A DNA stretch of 61,108 nucleotides, taken from positions 1-61,108 of the IMG/VR virus record IMGVR_UViG_3300046779_001067. One strand, given 5' to 3'. The notes beneath the pieces were generated by a model that worked only from the letters and a program-made list of their open reading frames with translations, did no database searches and was not told the DNA's origin. This DNA comes from a virus. Taxonomy: Duplodnaviria; Caudoviricetes. Shown one piece after another: positions 34,125 through 46,100 of the stretch (the first letter of the stretch is position 1; every line of letters starts with the position of its first letter). The position numbers and the translations under genes are program-made.

Positions 34125-35485
34125 TGGCAAGTAATTCAGCAAATCCATTCGCTTGGTTCGGTCGAATGTCAAAGCAAAACCCTAAGTGGGCGCAGGATGT
34201 CAATAATTTAAGTGGATTTACAAACACTATGGGTTATATGGATGCTGGGCAGAAGGCACTTAAGGGTGATGTTGGTGGTGCTTTGGCTAGTGGTGCTGAT
34301 ACATACCTTCGTACTGCTGTACCTGCCTATGGTGCAATCAAAACCTTTAATGATATTACAGGTGGCATCAACTTCAATAGGATGATGAATCCACGTAAGC
34401 CTGTTTATGATGAATCTAAACTAGCGGCTCAGGCTATGAACGCCAATATGATTGAGAGTCAGCGCAACTTAGCTTCACAACAGATGCGTGATGCTATGGA
34501 GCAACGTCAACAGATTCGTCCTCAGTATGAGAAGGTACAGAACGACCTTCTTGATATGTTGCAACAAGGTTTATCTAGCCGTCAACTGGCTCCTATCTAC
34601 GGTGCTGGTGAAGCCCGTAATAGACAGATTGGTGCTGCATCACAAGCCGCTATGCAACAGAACCTTGCTGCTAGAGGTGTAGGTGGTGGTATTCAGGCTG
34701 GTGTAGAACAGGCTAACCTAGCTGCTCAGAATGAGCGTTCTGCTGCGTTGAATAATGCCATTACTCAACAACAGTTACAGCAACGACCTGAGATGTTGCA
34801 AGCGGCATTCAATATCCTTGCTAATCGAGATGCACAAGCTGCTGCTGAACTACAGGCTGGTCAGGGTATGAACCTGCAAGCATCCCAGATGGCGTTGAAT
34901 CAGGCTAATCTTGAGCGTCAACAACGTATGCAAGAAGAGGCTATTGCTAGGGCTAATCGCCAACAAGAGATGGAGAATATTGGTAGCGTACTTGCTTTGC
35001 TTTCACCTGAGTTAGACAGGATGAAGCGTAGGGAGCAGAAGACTCCTGATAAACCATATGCCCCAACAAATACTCCTTTTACTCCAGAGAATACGCTTGG
35101 GTATGGATTAGACACTACTATTGAACAAGCACCTGATGTGTCGTTTGATTTGCCAACTCCTGAAGTTTCAGCGATAAGACCACGAGATATTGTAAATGCT
35201 GGTAGAGCACAACCTGCAAATATTGGTGGTGGTATCCAGCAGGTTACTGACGTTGCAACTATGCAAGAGATTGAGGCAAGTGAAACCAAGAGGATTAGTA
35301 AAGACCTTGGTAATGGGCTTTCATTAATTGCATATCTTGACCCACGTACTGGTAGATATATGAAAATGTATGCTCGCAGTAATCCTGAATATATTGGTCA
35401 ACCTATTAGTGGTGACGCTATTCTGCTTCAAGGTGAAACTAGGAATCTTGGCGGTACAACACTTGCTCGTTCATTCTATGGATAA
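34124..35485 (+). CDS. Probable DNA ejection/internal virion protein
   Basis: Ala/Gln-rich helical protein, QNLAARGVGGG motif; synteny. Confidence 0.65.
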   Translation: MASNSANPFAWFGRMSKQNPKWAQDVNNLSGFTNTMGYMDAGQKALKGDVGGALASGADTYLRTAVPAYGAIKTFNDITGGINFNRMMNPRKPVYDESKLAAQAMNANMIESQRNLASQQMRDAMEQRQQIRPQYEKVQNDLLDMLQQGLSSRQLAPIYGAGEARNRQIGAASQAAMQQNLAARGVGGGIQAGVEQANLAAQNERSAALNNAITQQQLQQRPEMLQAAFNILANRDAQAAAELQAGQGMNLQASQMALNQANLERQQRMQEEAIARANRQQEMENIGSVLALLSPELDRMKRREQKTPDKPYAPTNTPFTPENTLGYGLDTTIEQAPDVSFDLPTPEVSAIRPRDIVNAGRAQPANIGGGIQQVTDVATMQEIEASETKRISKDLGNGLSLIAYLDPRTGRYMKMYARSNPEYIGQPISGDAILLQGETRNLGGTTLARSFYG

Positions 35486-35490
35486 AAACT

Positions 35491-37149
35491 ATGGCTATTA
35501 ATCTAACAGGTTTACTACAAGGCTTCCAGCAGGGTAATCAGTTTGTTGAACAGCAAAAGCAGAATAAACGTGCTGAGGAACAGTTCAAGTTAGCCGGTGA
35601 GCAATTCAAACTTACAGAGCGTAAGCAACGTGGTATGGAACTTGATACTAAGTTTAAAGAGGCTAGACGTGTTGCTGAACTAGATGCCGCTGATGAGGAT
35701 GCAACTCTAAAGTCTTTGATGCAACCGGGTATGGATGAAGGTAGCCGACAAGCTATCCTTGCTTCACGTAATCGCAGACGTACTGAGAACGAAGCATACC
35801 TAAAGTCTATGACGGCTGACCCTGAGATGTCTCAGGAGTTGTCAACTAGATTTGGTGATGTTACTAAGTTGATGAAGCCTTCATCGATTCAGTCAGGTAT
35901 GTTGCCAAAGCCATCTATGGATATTTCTCAGCTGATTAAAATGGCAGAGGGATATCGCAAGGAGGCTGAACTTACACCGGATGCTGAGTCTAAGGGATTC
36001 TTGGTTCAACGTGGACGTGATGCACTATCAGCGATTGGTGCTTCACAACAGATTATCGACAAGTTCCTCCCTGGATACAAGTCCGTTGTAGGCAAGGGTG
36101 CTGAAACAGCGTCTCCACTTACTGCGGTTATGGAACCTGAAGCATTGCGTGCTAAGGGTCTTGGTGCAGGTAGTACGTTTGTAGACCCACAGACTGGTCA
36201 GACTGTACGACTTACTGAGCAAGACGGTAAGTTGATGAAGTCTTACGTTACACCTGCAAAAGACATTACTGCTGAATATATGCCTTCAGGTATTGAGGGT
36301 GCTAAAGTCAAGAAGATATACGCTGATATTGACCGTACTGAGGCGGCTATTAAAGATATTGATTCCAAGATAAAAATGCGTCCTGAGGAGATGAAACTCA
36401 AAACGCAACAGGTTTTTGCTAAGATTAGTAACGACCAACTAAGGGCAAAGATTGCTAAGGAGAGTCTTGGTATTCGTTATGCTGGTCTTGCTCTTCGTAG
36501 GGACTTGGCTGAGTTAGCAAGAGAAGACGCAAAGCGTAAGTTAGGCATCAATACATCATTTAGGATGGCTGACTTCAATCGTAAGATTCAGGCTACTGCT
36601 GCAGCTAATGTTGGACGTGCTGAGGCATCATTGCTTAATGCTAAAAAGACATTAGCACAGGCTACAACTGAAGGTAAACCTAACGAACGACAAGCCGCTC
36701 AAGAGGCTATTAATTTTCTTGAAGGTGAAGTTGCAACTTTACGCAGGGCTGCTTCCGGTGGTATTGACTATAGCGGCTTTAAACAATCTATGGACAGTAT
36801 TGGGCTAGGCGATGTTGATATCGATATGTCGATGTTTGGCGGCACATCTCCGATACAAAGTTATGGGTATCAAGGTTACCCACAACAGCAACAAGCACCT
36901 GTTATAGTTATGCCGGGTGGTGGCGCACCAGCACCTTATCCATATCCATATCCGCCGTCTCCTTATCCAGCACCGGGTCCAGCACCTGCACCGGGAGGTG
37001 GCACAACAGCAGGAAGTGCCGTATTTAGATTGAGTGATGGTAGTGCTATTCCGATTGGACCAGATGGTTTTCGTGTAGGTCCACAACCGGGTCAAGTTTC
37101 AAATAAAGCTAACGCACTCGTAAAGATGATGTCAGGTGGCAAAAAGTAA
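35491..37149 (+). CDS. Probable DNA ejection/internal virion protein
   Basis: LTGLLQGFQQG start, coiled coils, Pro/Tyr-rich tail. Confidence 0.65.
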   Translation: MAINLTGLLQGFQQGNQFVEQQKQNKRAEEQFKLAGEQFKLTERKQRGMELDTKFKEARRVAELDAADEDATLKSLMQPGMDEGSRQAILASRNRRRTENEAYLKSMTADPEMSQELSTRFGDVTKLMKPSSIQSGMLPKPSMDISQLIKMAEGYRKEAELTPDAESKGFLVQRGRDALSAIGASQQIIDKFLPGYKSVVGKGAETASPLTAVMEPEALRAKGLGAGSTFVDPQTGQTVRLTEQDGKLMKSYVTPAKDITAEYMPSGIEGAKVKKIYADIDRTEAAIKDIDSKIKMRPEEMKLKTQQVFAKISNDQLRAKIAKESLGIRYAGLALRRDLAELAREDAKRKLGINTSFRMADFNRKIQATAAANVGRAEASLLNAKKTLAQATTEGKPNERQAAQEAINFLEGEVATLRRAASGGIDYSGFKQSMDSIGLGDVDIDMSMFGGTSPIQSYGYQGYPQQQQAPVIVMPGGGAPAPYPYPYPPSPYPAPGPAPAPGGGTTAGSAVFRLSDGSAIPIGPDGFRVGPQPGQVSNKANALVKMMSGGKK

Positions 37150-40100
37150 TGGCTGAAAACCCAAAGCAGAGATTTCGTCGAGTTCTTAATGACCTGTCAC
37201 AAGATGACAGAACATTTATTGATAGTTCACTTCGTCGTATATATAGCGAGTCTCTGTCTTATGGGTTGAAGAATAACTTCCTTACAAAAGATGAGGTAGT
37301 TAAATACCAGAACCTTGGACAACAGCGGGATGCTGCACTTCGTAAGGTGAACGTCCTTGACCCTCAAGGGCAACCTATCTCTAAAGAAACTACCGTTCCC
37401 GTTATGCGTAACGGTCAGATTGTCCAAGAGAAGAGGGTTACACCTGTCACTCCATTTGACTTACTGCGTAGGACTGGCGGTCAGATGGAAGGTGGTCCGG
37501 CAGATGGTCCACTATTTACTGGATATACATTAGATACGCAATCACCTCTTGGCACAGCACGTAAGAGGTTTCAAGAAGAAGTTATCCCTAGTGCAAAGAA
37601 AACTGCATCTGAACTTGAAGCCGCTAAAGGAGAGACTAAGTTTTTCCAACCCGGCACTATAGGTGGGCTTACTGCTGGTGCAATTACGTCCATACCAGTA
37701 GGTGCATTTAAAGCAGTTACCGCACCTCTTGCATCTGCTGTCTCAAGAGGTGTCGGAGTATTTAATCCAGAAGCATCAGAGGCTATGGATACTGCCCTTG
37801 CAAAGGCTTACTATCCTAAGGCAACGATAGATGTATCTCAGCCATTCAAGACTGGTATGGATGTAGCTGAGATTGCTGGCACAAAGTTTGCTGAAGCTAT
37901 TCCTGCATCTATTGCTGCGCTTACTGCTGGTAGTGCTGCTGCTATTCCCGCATCTGCTGTGACTACACCTATTGGTGGTGCTGTAGCTGGAGTTGCGACT
38001 GGTCTTGCAGCTGCCACCGCTACTGGTCAAGCACAAAACTTCCTTACTGAGTTTGCATTAGGCTCTTCTTACAAGCCTTCTGAAAAAGGCTTTGGGTTTG
38101 ATATTCAGCGTAGCCCATTAAGCCAAGCTAGAGCAGAGTTTATGGGTGAGCGTACTGAACTTGCTCCTAGTGCTGCTTTTGCAGGTGAGTTTGCACCCAA
38201 CCTTTTGATGGGTACTCCTACCCTTCCTAAGGGATTTGTAGGTGGATTGAAGTCAGGTTATCAGGCTACTAAACTAGGTACTGCTGGCAGACAAGCACTT
38301 GCGGCTGCATCTATACCTACTGAAGGTCTTGCTGGTAGATTTGCTGCTACGCCATTAGCGCAGACTGGTCGTGCAATAGGTCAGTCACTAGAAAGGATTC
38401 CAGGGGTAGGTACGGCTGCTACGTTTGGTCGTGGATTCTCTGCATCCCCTGCTGGACAAGAGTTCCTTTCTGACATTACTGAGAGAGGCGTTGAAGGTTC
38501 TGCTGACCTTTATCTTGCATTAAAGGGTAATGCTGAGAAGCCTGAGTCAGAGCGTGACCCATTGTGGAAGATTCTAGGCATGACTGCTCTTGGTTCGATG
38601 TTTGAAGGTAGACATCGCCTTGGAGATATTCTTAATGCACCTGGTCAGAAAATTGGCAAGTCGATTGTACGTGGGTTAGATGCTAGATATGGAACAACTA
38701 CTCCATTTGCCTATGAGGGATTGACTCCATCTACTCCTTCTATTACGCCTGAAGGAGTGCCTACAACACCTATTGTGCCTAAGGGTAGGGTATCTGGTAC
38801 ATCTACACCAGCACCAACACTTGCATCTAATGTAGTCCCTATTGGTGGAGGGAATGTTGCTGTCGTTGACGCTGAAACAATGACTACAACTATTCAGCCA
38901 GCACCGCCAGTTGATAGTGATAGGACTCCTATTACAAATCCTGCGATTGGAACTAACGTACTAGATGCAGTAGCAAGTATTGCTCCAAAGGTTAGTGATA
39001 TCGTTTCTGGAACCTACGGGCGTGTTGGGACTATGTTTGGCAGGGTTCCATCAAAGGGTGGAGAAAGCCAGTTGTTCCTTGGCTTGACTGCTGATGGTCT
39101 TGCTATGGTCAAGGTTACAGACAAGAAGACTGGTGAATCAAGCGTTGACCTTATCAGCCCTGACTTGTTGATTGGTGACAATAAGCGCATTGCGAGTAAA
39201 GCATTTAAGGCTGGTAATCTACTACCAAGTGATAAGACTGGATATCAGCGTAAAGGTTACGACTCTGAGTTAAGTCAGGCATCTAGTTATATTCCAACGT
39301 CTGAAGGAGAAGGTCCATCATTTGATGACTTTGACAGAGAGATTAATATTTCTGGCACTCCTTTCTACGGACGGATAGTCAAGGCTGTTGATAACAACTA
39401 CTCAGTTGTTCAGGTCCCATCACCTGTAAGTGGTTTCGATATGATGGTCGTTCCTAACGACACTATTCAAGGAATCACTCGTGAAGGAATCAAAGAAGGT
39501 GTAAAGGCAGGTCAGGTAGCAAGAGAGGTTCTTGATACCACTGCTATGAACCTTGATATGTCAGGTTATAGGGTTGATAGAACAAAGCATAACCCGTTGT
39601 TCAAGGACACTGACAGGACAACTGTAAAGGGAGAGTTTAATCCTATCCTTCTTACACCAGACCAGATGTCTGATGTGGACACACGTAAAACCAATATCCG
39701 TAACTATCGCAATCAACTGATTTCTCAAGGGCTACCTGATGGAACAGTCAAGGATAGGCTTGCTGCGGCTCGCAAAGAAAACAATAAAGGTCTTGATAAG
39801 ACTATTAGCCCTGCTGTCAATCAGTATGAAGTTGGTTCTCTTATAGACCACGTAACTCCATCTGGAGAAGTTGATACGGCTGTTGTTGTTGGTAACTCTA
39901 AATTTGGACCAGTTGCAGTTAGTGCTACTAACCCATCATCACCTGCTTATATTGTCCAGGAATCAGCTATTGCACGAGCATATGGTGAGGTTTCACCTAT
40001 TACAAAGGCAGAGGCTAAAAAGGCTGAGACTGTAACACCTACACCTAAGGTTGAACCTGTTGCTAAGGCTGAACCAGTAAAGAGAACAGAGCCTAAGGTA

Positions 40101-43100
40101 GAACCTGCAAAGAAAGTTGAGCCAAAGGCTGAAGCACCTAAGGTTGAGGAAAAACCTAAACCTGAACCTAAAGTAGATACTTCTACACAAAAACAAAAAG
40201 ATGTAGCTGAAGCACGAAGAAAGATAATAGAAGAAATCGACTCTGAACGGCAAACAATAGAAGACGCATTAAAGCCTGTTCCTCTATCAACAGGTGAGAA
40301 GAAAGAGTTGACTATTACTCCAAAACAACAAGCTATTAATGAAGCTGGTAATGATGGAGCAAAACAGATTGCCGTTGAATTAAAATTTGACGACATGCTT
40401 CCATTTGCCGAGATTGTAAAATCTTGGTTTGGTAAAAAGTTTACAATAGGTGGTGAAACAGGAACATTAATAGGCACTAATCTAAATGGTGAACTCCTGT
40501 TTATGGTGGATGTTGATGCAGGATATAAAGTTTTACGTACGCCACGTATGGCAGACTTATCTGTAGATGAAAAGATTGATATTTTTGGTTCACTATTAGA
40601 TGCAGAAATATTTAGCCGTTTACAACTAAATGCAAATATTGACTCAAATAATTTGCATTATGAAATTCAGTCTCCTGATTTCCCTACTCCTATACCTCTT
40701 GGTGTAGTTAGTAAAAACAGAAGTGAAACGTGGGTTGGTGGACGTAAGATTTATGATGATAATGGATTATCTATATATCAAACATCCAGTGGTCAACTTA
40801 TATACTTGCCAAGTGGTGGTGATGCGACACCTGTAGTTGAGCCTATTAATACAGGGAGAACAAGCAGTAGTCCTGAGTTTAGACCACGAGGTACGACTCC
40901 AGTAACACAAGTATCAGTAACTGCTCCTGTTACAACACCTGTTGAGCCAAAGCCAGAGGCTGTAGTACAACCAAAACAACAGGCTAAACCTGCACCTACG
41001 GTTGAGCGACCTGCTCAGGCTGGTGAGTTGGCTCGCCCAATACGTGGTGGATTGAACAGGATTGATGCTGGTGTTAAGGATTTAAAGAAGAAGTTAGTAA
41101 CATTCAAGGTTGATGACCTTGGCAACAAGCGTAATCCTGACCCATATAATCAGGCTAGGGTTGATGATTCTAGACGTGCTGTCGAGTCAACCGTTGACAC
41201 TCTGTCTAAGGATTTTGTTGAAACACTATCTAAAGTTTCAATTGCAAAGACAAAGGTTATTGACACTCTGGCAAAAGAAATTGAATCAGGCAAAGCAACT
41301 CCTGAGTCAATAGCACTTGCAGAAACGTCTATCAAGAATATTGATTCTGCAATAGCATCTATAAAGTCTAACTTTAATAGTGTCAAGCCATCGCTTGATA
41401 CGCACCTTGGTGAGCAATCAAGGATTGGTGCTATATCAAAGTCTATTGATAGGCTTGAAAGTTTAAAGTTACCTGAGGCTAAAGCGAAGGAAGTTAAGCC
41501 TGTAGAGCCTAAGGTTGAAGTCACTAAGCCTACTACTCCTGAGGCTGAAGTTAAACCTACTACGCCTACTACTACGTTTACACCTCAAGAGCAAAAGGTC
41601 ATCAATGATGTTGAAGCAGAGATAAATGCGGAGACTCGATATTGGGGACGTGTCCTTACTAGAATTAAAGGATGGGATACGTTTAGTGATGCAGCAAAGA
41701 GGGAAATAAAATCACTTGTAGATGATAACGGGGCTGAACTTCTTGCTCCAGAAATAGATGATACTTTTGACAGCAACATAATGGAGTTTGAAACATTACC
41801 TCTTAACTTCACTAATCGTGTAGCAAAAGTGTTGCGACCTGGAATGATAGCACCGGACGGGTCAAAGTTTAAGGCTATAGTTGAACGAGGTAGCACAACA
41901 CCTGTCGTAAAACCAGAACCAAAGATTGAAACACCTAAAGCTGAAGTTAAACCTACTACCTTTACACCTGAAGAAAAAACTGCAATTGATAAAATTGCTG
42001 ACTTGTTGCAAAGCAGTGACATCCGTTGGGGACGAGTTAAATTTGCAACGCAAGGATGGAATACATTTAGTGATGCTGCAAAGGCAAGAATAACTCAACT
42101 AGTAAATGCCAAGAATGGTGAAGTTATTGCTCCAAAATTTGGTGACACCGTAGATGAAACCATTATGGACATTGGACTTGTCACTGGTGATTACTCTGGA
42201 AAAGTTGCTGAAACCATTGCTGCTGGTATGCGAGATAAGTCAACTGGAGATGTATTTATAGCTAAGGTTCGTCCAGCATCTACTGGTGAGATTAATGCTG
42301 GTAAACCTGAAGTAACTACACCTGTAGAGCCTACAGTTGAAGGTCCCGTCACAGGATTTGGTGTAGAGAGTCCTAAGGACGTAGCTCAACTTACTGGTGA
42401 GAAGCGTTTTGAATTAGGTAAAAAACTAAACAAAGAACAACGTGCTTCCATCCTTAAAAGAGTTGGCGATTCATACAAAGACCAAAGGCATCAGAAGGAA
42501 TTTGCTGGGCTTGATAGTCGTGGCGAAGAGATGTATCGATACCCATATTCAACTGAGCATATGTACGTATCTAACATTACAGGAAAGTTCATCCGCTACT
42601 ACGTTGTAATACCTTCTGATATAGCACAAGAACTAACTGGAGTGAAGCGTGACATCTACGCTCATCCTAGTGAGTTGTTCCCTGATATCTCAATGCCAAA
42701 GGCAGTTGAGATGGCACGTATGACTAAGTCAAAGGAGTTGCGTGAACTTATTGCTGAGGCTGAGTCTAATGGCTTTATTACAGAAAATGAAAGCCGTACC
42801 GCTATCAACATACTGCCATCGTATGTAGAGGATAAGGCAAAGCCTAACCGCACAAAGACTATCGAAGACATCATTCGTAAGGCAGAGCGCATTAATGAGC
42901 CTAACGAAGAAGTGGATGTTCTTGAGAAGGCTATTCGTGATAACGCTAAGGATGGAATACCTGAATTCTTAGATGCTAAGATGCTTGCTAATTTTGCTGA
43001 AGGCAAGTTAGCAAGAACATATGCTTTCAAGGATATTAATGGTCTACCTATTCGTCAGTTCCCTGGAGTAGTCACTGCTGCTAAGGCTCGCATAAAGAGG

Positions 43101-46100
43101 GAAGGTGCTACACCCGAAGTTGAAGCACCAAAGGTTAACCCAGTAGTAAAAGAAACTGCCATTGAAACTGCTGACCTTATTAGTGAGCCAATCTTTACGC
43201 CTGAGGAAGAAGGAAGTGAACTCAATACAACATTACCGGGAGATGTGGAAATCCTTGATGACCCATCACTCGTTCGTATTCAAGCATCTATCGAAGGGCT
43301 TGGAAACATTAATGATGTGTTCCGTAAGGCACGTAATATTGGGGAACTACAACAGACGTTAGTCAACGTCATTACTGATGCTAATCAAGGTATTAATCCT
43401 GCTGAAGCTCAGAAGTACGCTACGGCTATATCTCAATATTACGATGAGTGGATTCACGCATTCGTAAACAGAGATTTGCTACTGGCACAACAGTTGGCTC
43501 AAGGTGTTACTGCGTTCAAGAGTGCAGCTCCTAGCGGTGATGCAGCTGAGTACTCTATCTTTGAGAAACCTATTGAAGAAGGTATGGACTTTGCTAAACG
43601 CAAGGCAGTAGAGCGTCAGAATAGGGTTGCAAGGCTTTATCAGTCTGTAGATATGCCACGCCTAAACAGCATTATTGATATGTTGAATGATGAGGCTAGT
43701 CGTAAAGTTGTTGCTTTGAATGAAGAAGGCAAATATCAATACCTTCCAATCAACTTCTTCACAAAGGCAGGTGAAGGTACAGCACTGACTCCAACGCAAA
43801 AGGCTGATGTAGTCGCTAAGGTTCAGGCTAAGTTGGTGCGTGAACGATATCGAACCAATATGCCTGTATTCGCAGTCCTGTCAAAAGCTCCTGAAATCAA
43901 CAGGGACTTTAATGACCTGTTTGTTGGTGAAGGCGCATACGTCAACATTAGAGGTAACGATACCAATATTGGTCAACAGGTAGTGTTCTTGACTAAGAAT
44001 AATAGTGACCCATCTACTATTGTTGAAGAACTGTCTCATGCACTGCTTGAGAATATGCCTATTGATATGGCAAGAGAAGTTGCTACCAAACTAGGTAAGA
44101 CGCTTCGTGAGCCAACATCAACTAATACAAGTGTAACGTCATACGAACTGCAAGAAATGTTTGCAGCTAGGATGAAGTTATCTTTCCTTACAGGCGAGAA
44201 GGCAGCATTCACTGGAGTACAAGGCAGTAAGGCTACTAAGAAGCGTCTAGGCGAAGTGTGGGACACCATACAGGGCTTTATGCGTAAGGCTTACGGTCGT
44301 ATGGTTGATGGCACTGCTATCCCAGCAGATGACAAGCCTAAGGTTGAATGGGTAGTCCCATATAACAACCAGACTGTATCTCTATGGGATAAAGCACCAA
44401 TCCTGTTCCGTAATAATGACGGAACACTTTCTCGTGGTGTTATCCAGCCTACTAAGAAGTATCCGGGTGGTCCAGGACTAGTTAGGGATACGATGCTTGA
44501 GAAGCCTATCGTAACAGTCAAGACCGCTGATGGTACAACTGTAGATATAGCACCTAAGAGCGTTGTTGCTTTATCTGACTTTATTAGTGAGACTCCTGAG
44601 TTCGGCAAGATGATGCTGACGTTTATGTCTGGCTCTGCTGGTCAGAGAGGCGTATCTGTTGTCGGTCTGTTGAATTCGTATGGCGATGTAACTAAGGCAC
44701 TTAGTGATTCAACTTATGAAGGACTTCAAGGTAAGTTTGACGAATTTATTGACGATACAGATTCCAAGTATCGGCTAGATGCAACTGGGGATGCTACGCA
44801 AAAAGCAAACGCAGAGACAATCCTTAAGGCAGAGATGCCTAATAGATTGCTTGGAATAGTCAATCAGGCTTACAAGTACGGGCTATTGTCTGATGTTTCT
44901 GACAACCCGTCTGATTCTCTGAGTTTACAAAACTGGTTGAACGTAGTGGGAGTAATGCGAAGTGGAAATGGAACGACAAGTGATACCTTTGCCAAGGGTA
45001 AGTCAACCAAAATGTCCGCATACGATTGGTATCGCAGTTCAATCAAAGACCTGCAGAAAGCAATCAAAGACGCAGAACCATATGCAAGTCAACTGGAGAT
45101 TCAAGGCGATTATCAACGGCTCAATTACAACGTGGACGCAGACAACACCGGCGGTAATGTCCTGTACTCCAGTCGGCAAGTTGGTGATACGCCGAGAATC
45201 AACAGAGCATTAGCAAACGGTCAGTCCTCCAACACTAACCCTGATTCACAGACTCCTGGTGATTACGCTGAGTCTGCTACCAGTAGTGGTATGCCACGTG
45301 AGTCAGTCACACCTATTGTTGAGCGACGAGTTATTGCTGATGCTGACCGTTCTGGTCTAGGTAACAGCAACATCCGAGTGATGGAACTGAATGACGTTCT
45401 CGTTATCGATGGCACTATCGGATTGTCACCTGTAGGTATTGATACGATTGGTAAGGCTATTGACTTTGCTGCTCGTAATAATATCCAGAACGCTATCTTA
45501 GTGTCACCTGCTACGCCATCTGAAGACCTTGGTTACAACGACAGAGGTGGTTATACAGTAAACCCATCTGTTACTTTTGAGTTTGAGAATCCAGTCACTG
45601 ACAATATGTATGCGGTGATGAAACGTATCTATCCGTATATCCGTAAGGGATTGGATAGCCGTTCAGTTACGTTACATAACGTAGAAGAAGTAGGAAAACC
45701 ATATGAAGAGTCCCTCAATACCTTCGAGCAAGCCGTTGACAAGATTGCCAGAGAAATCTCTAAAAGACGTGTTCCGGTTCAGGCTATCCAAGGTGCTGAA
45801 AGAATCTGGCATTTCGGAAACCAATCGGCGGAAGGCTACGCCATTCCTTACTACGAAGCGAGAAATGTACTTCACCTCCTCAAGCCGGAAATCTATGAAA
45901 CCGGACGTGAGCCTGTTGCAGACAAGAGAGTAAAGTCAGTTCTTGAAGACGCTATATCTTCTGTATCTGGTCGGTCAATCAGCCTACCGAATATAGACTT
46001 TGCATCTGTACCTGACAATCCTGAGCGTAGGATTGCTATGGTTGACAACTATAACCGTCTGCCAGATAACACATACAGTACTAATCCAGAGACAAAGGCA

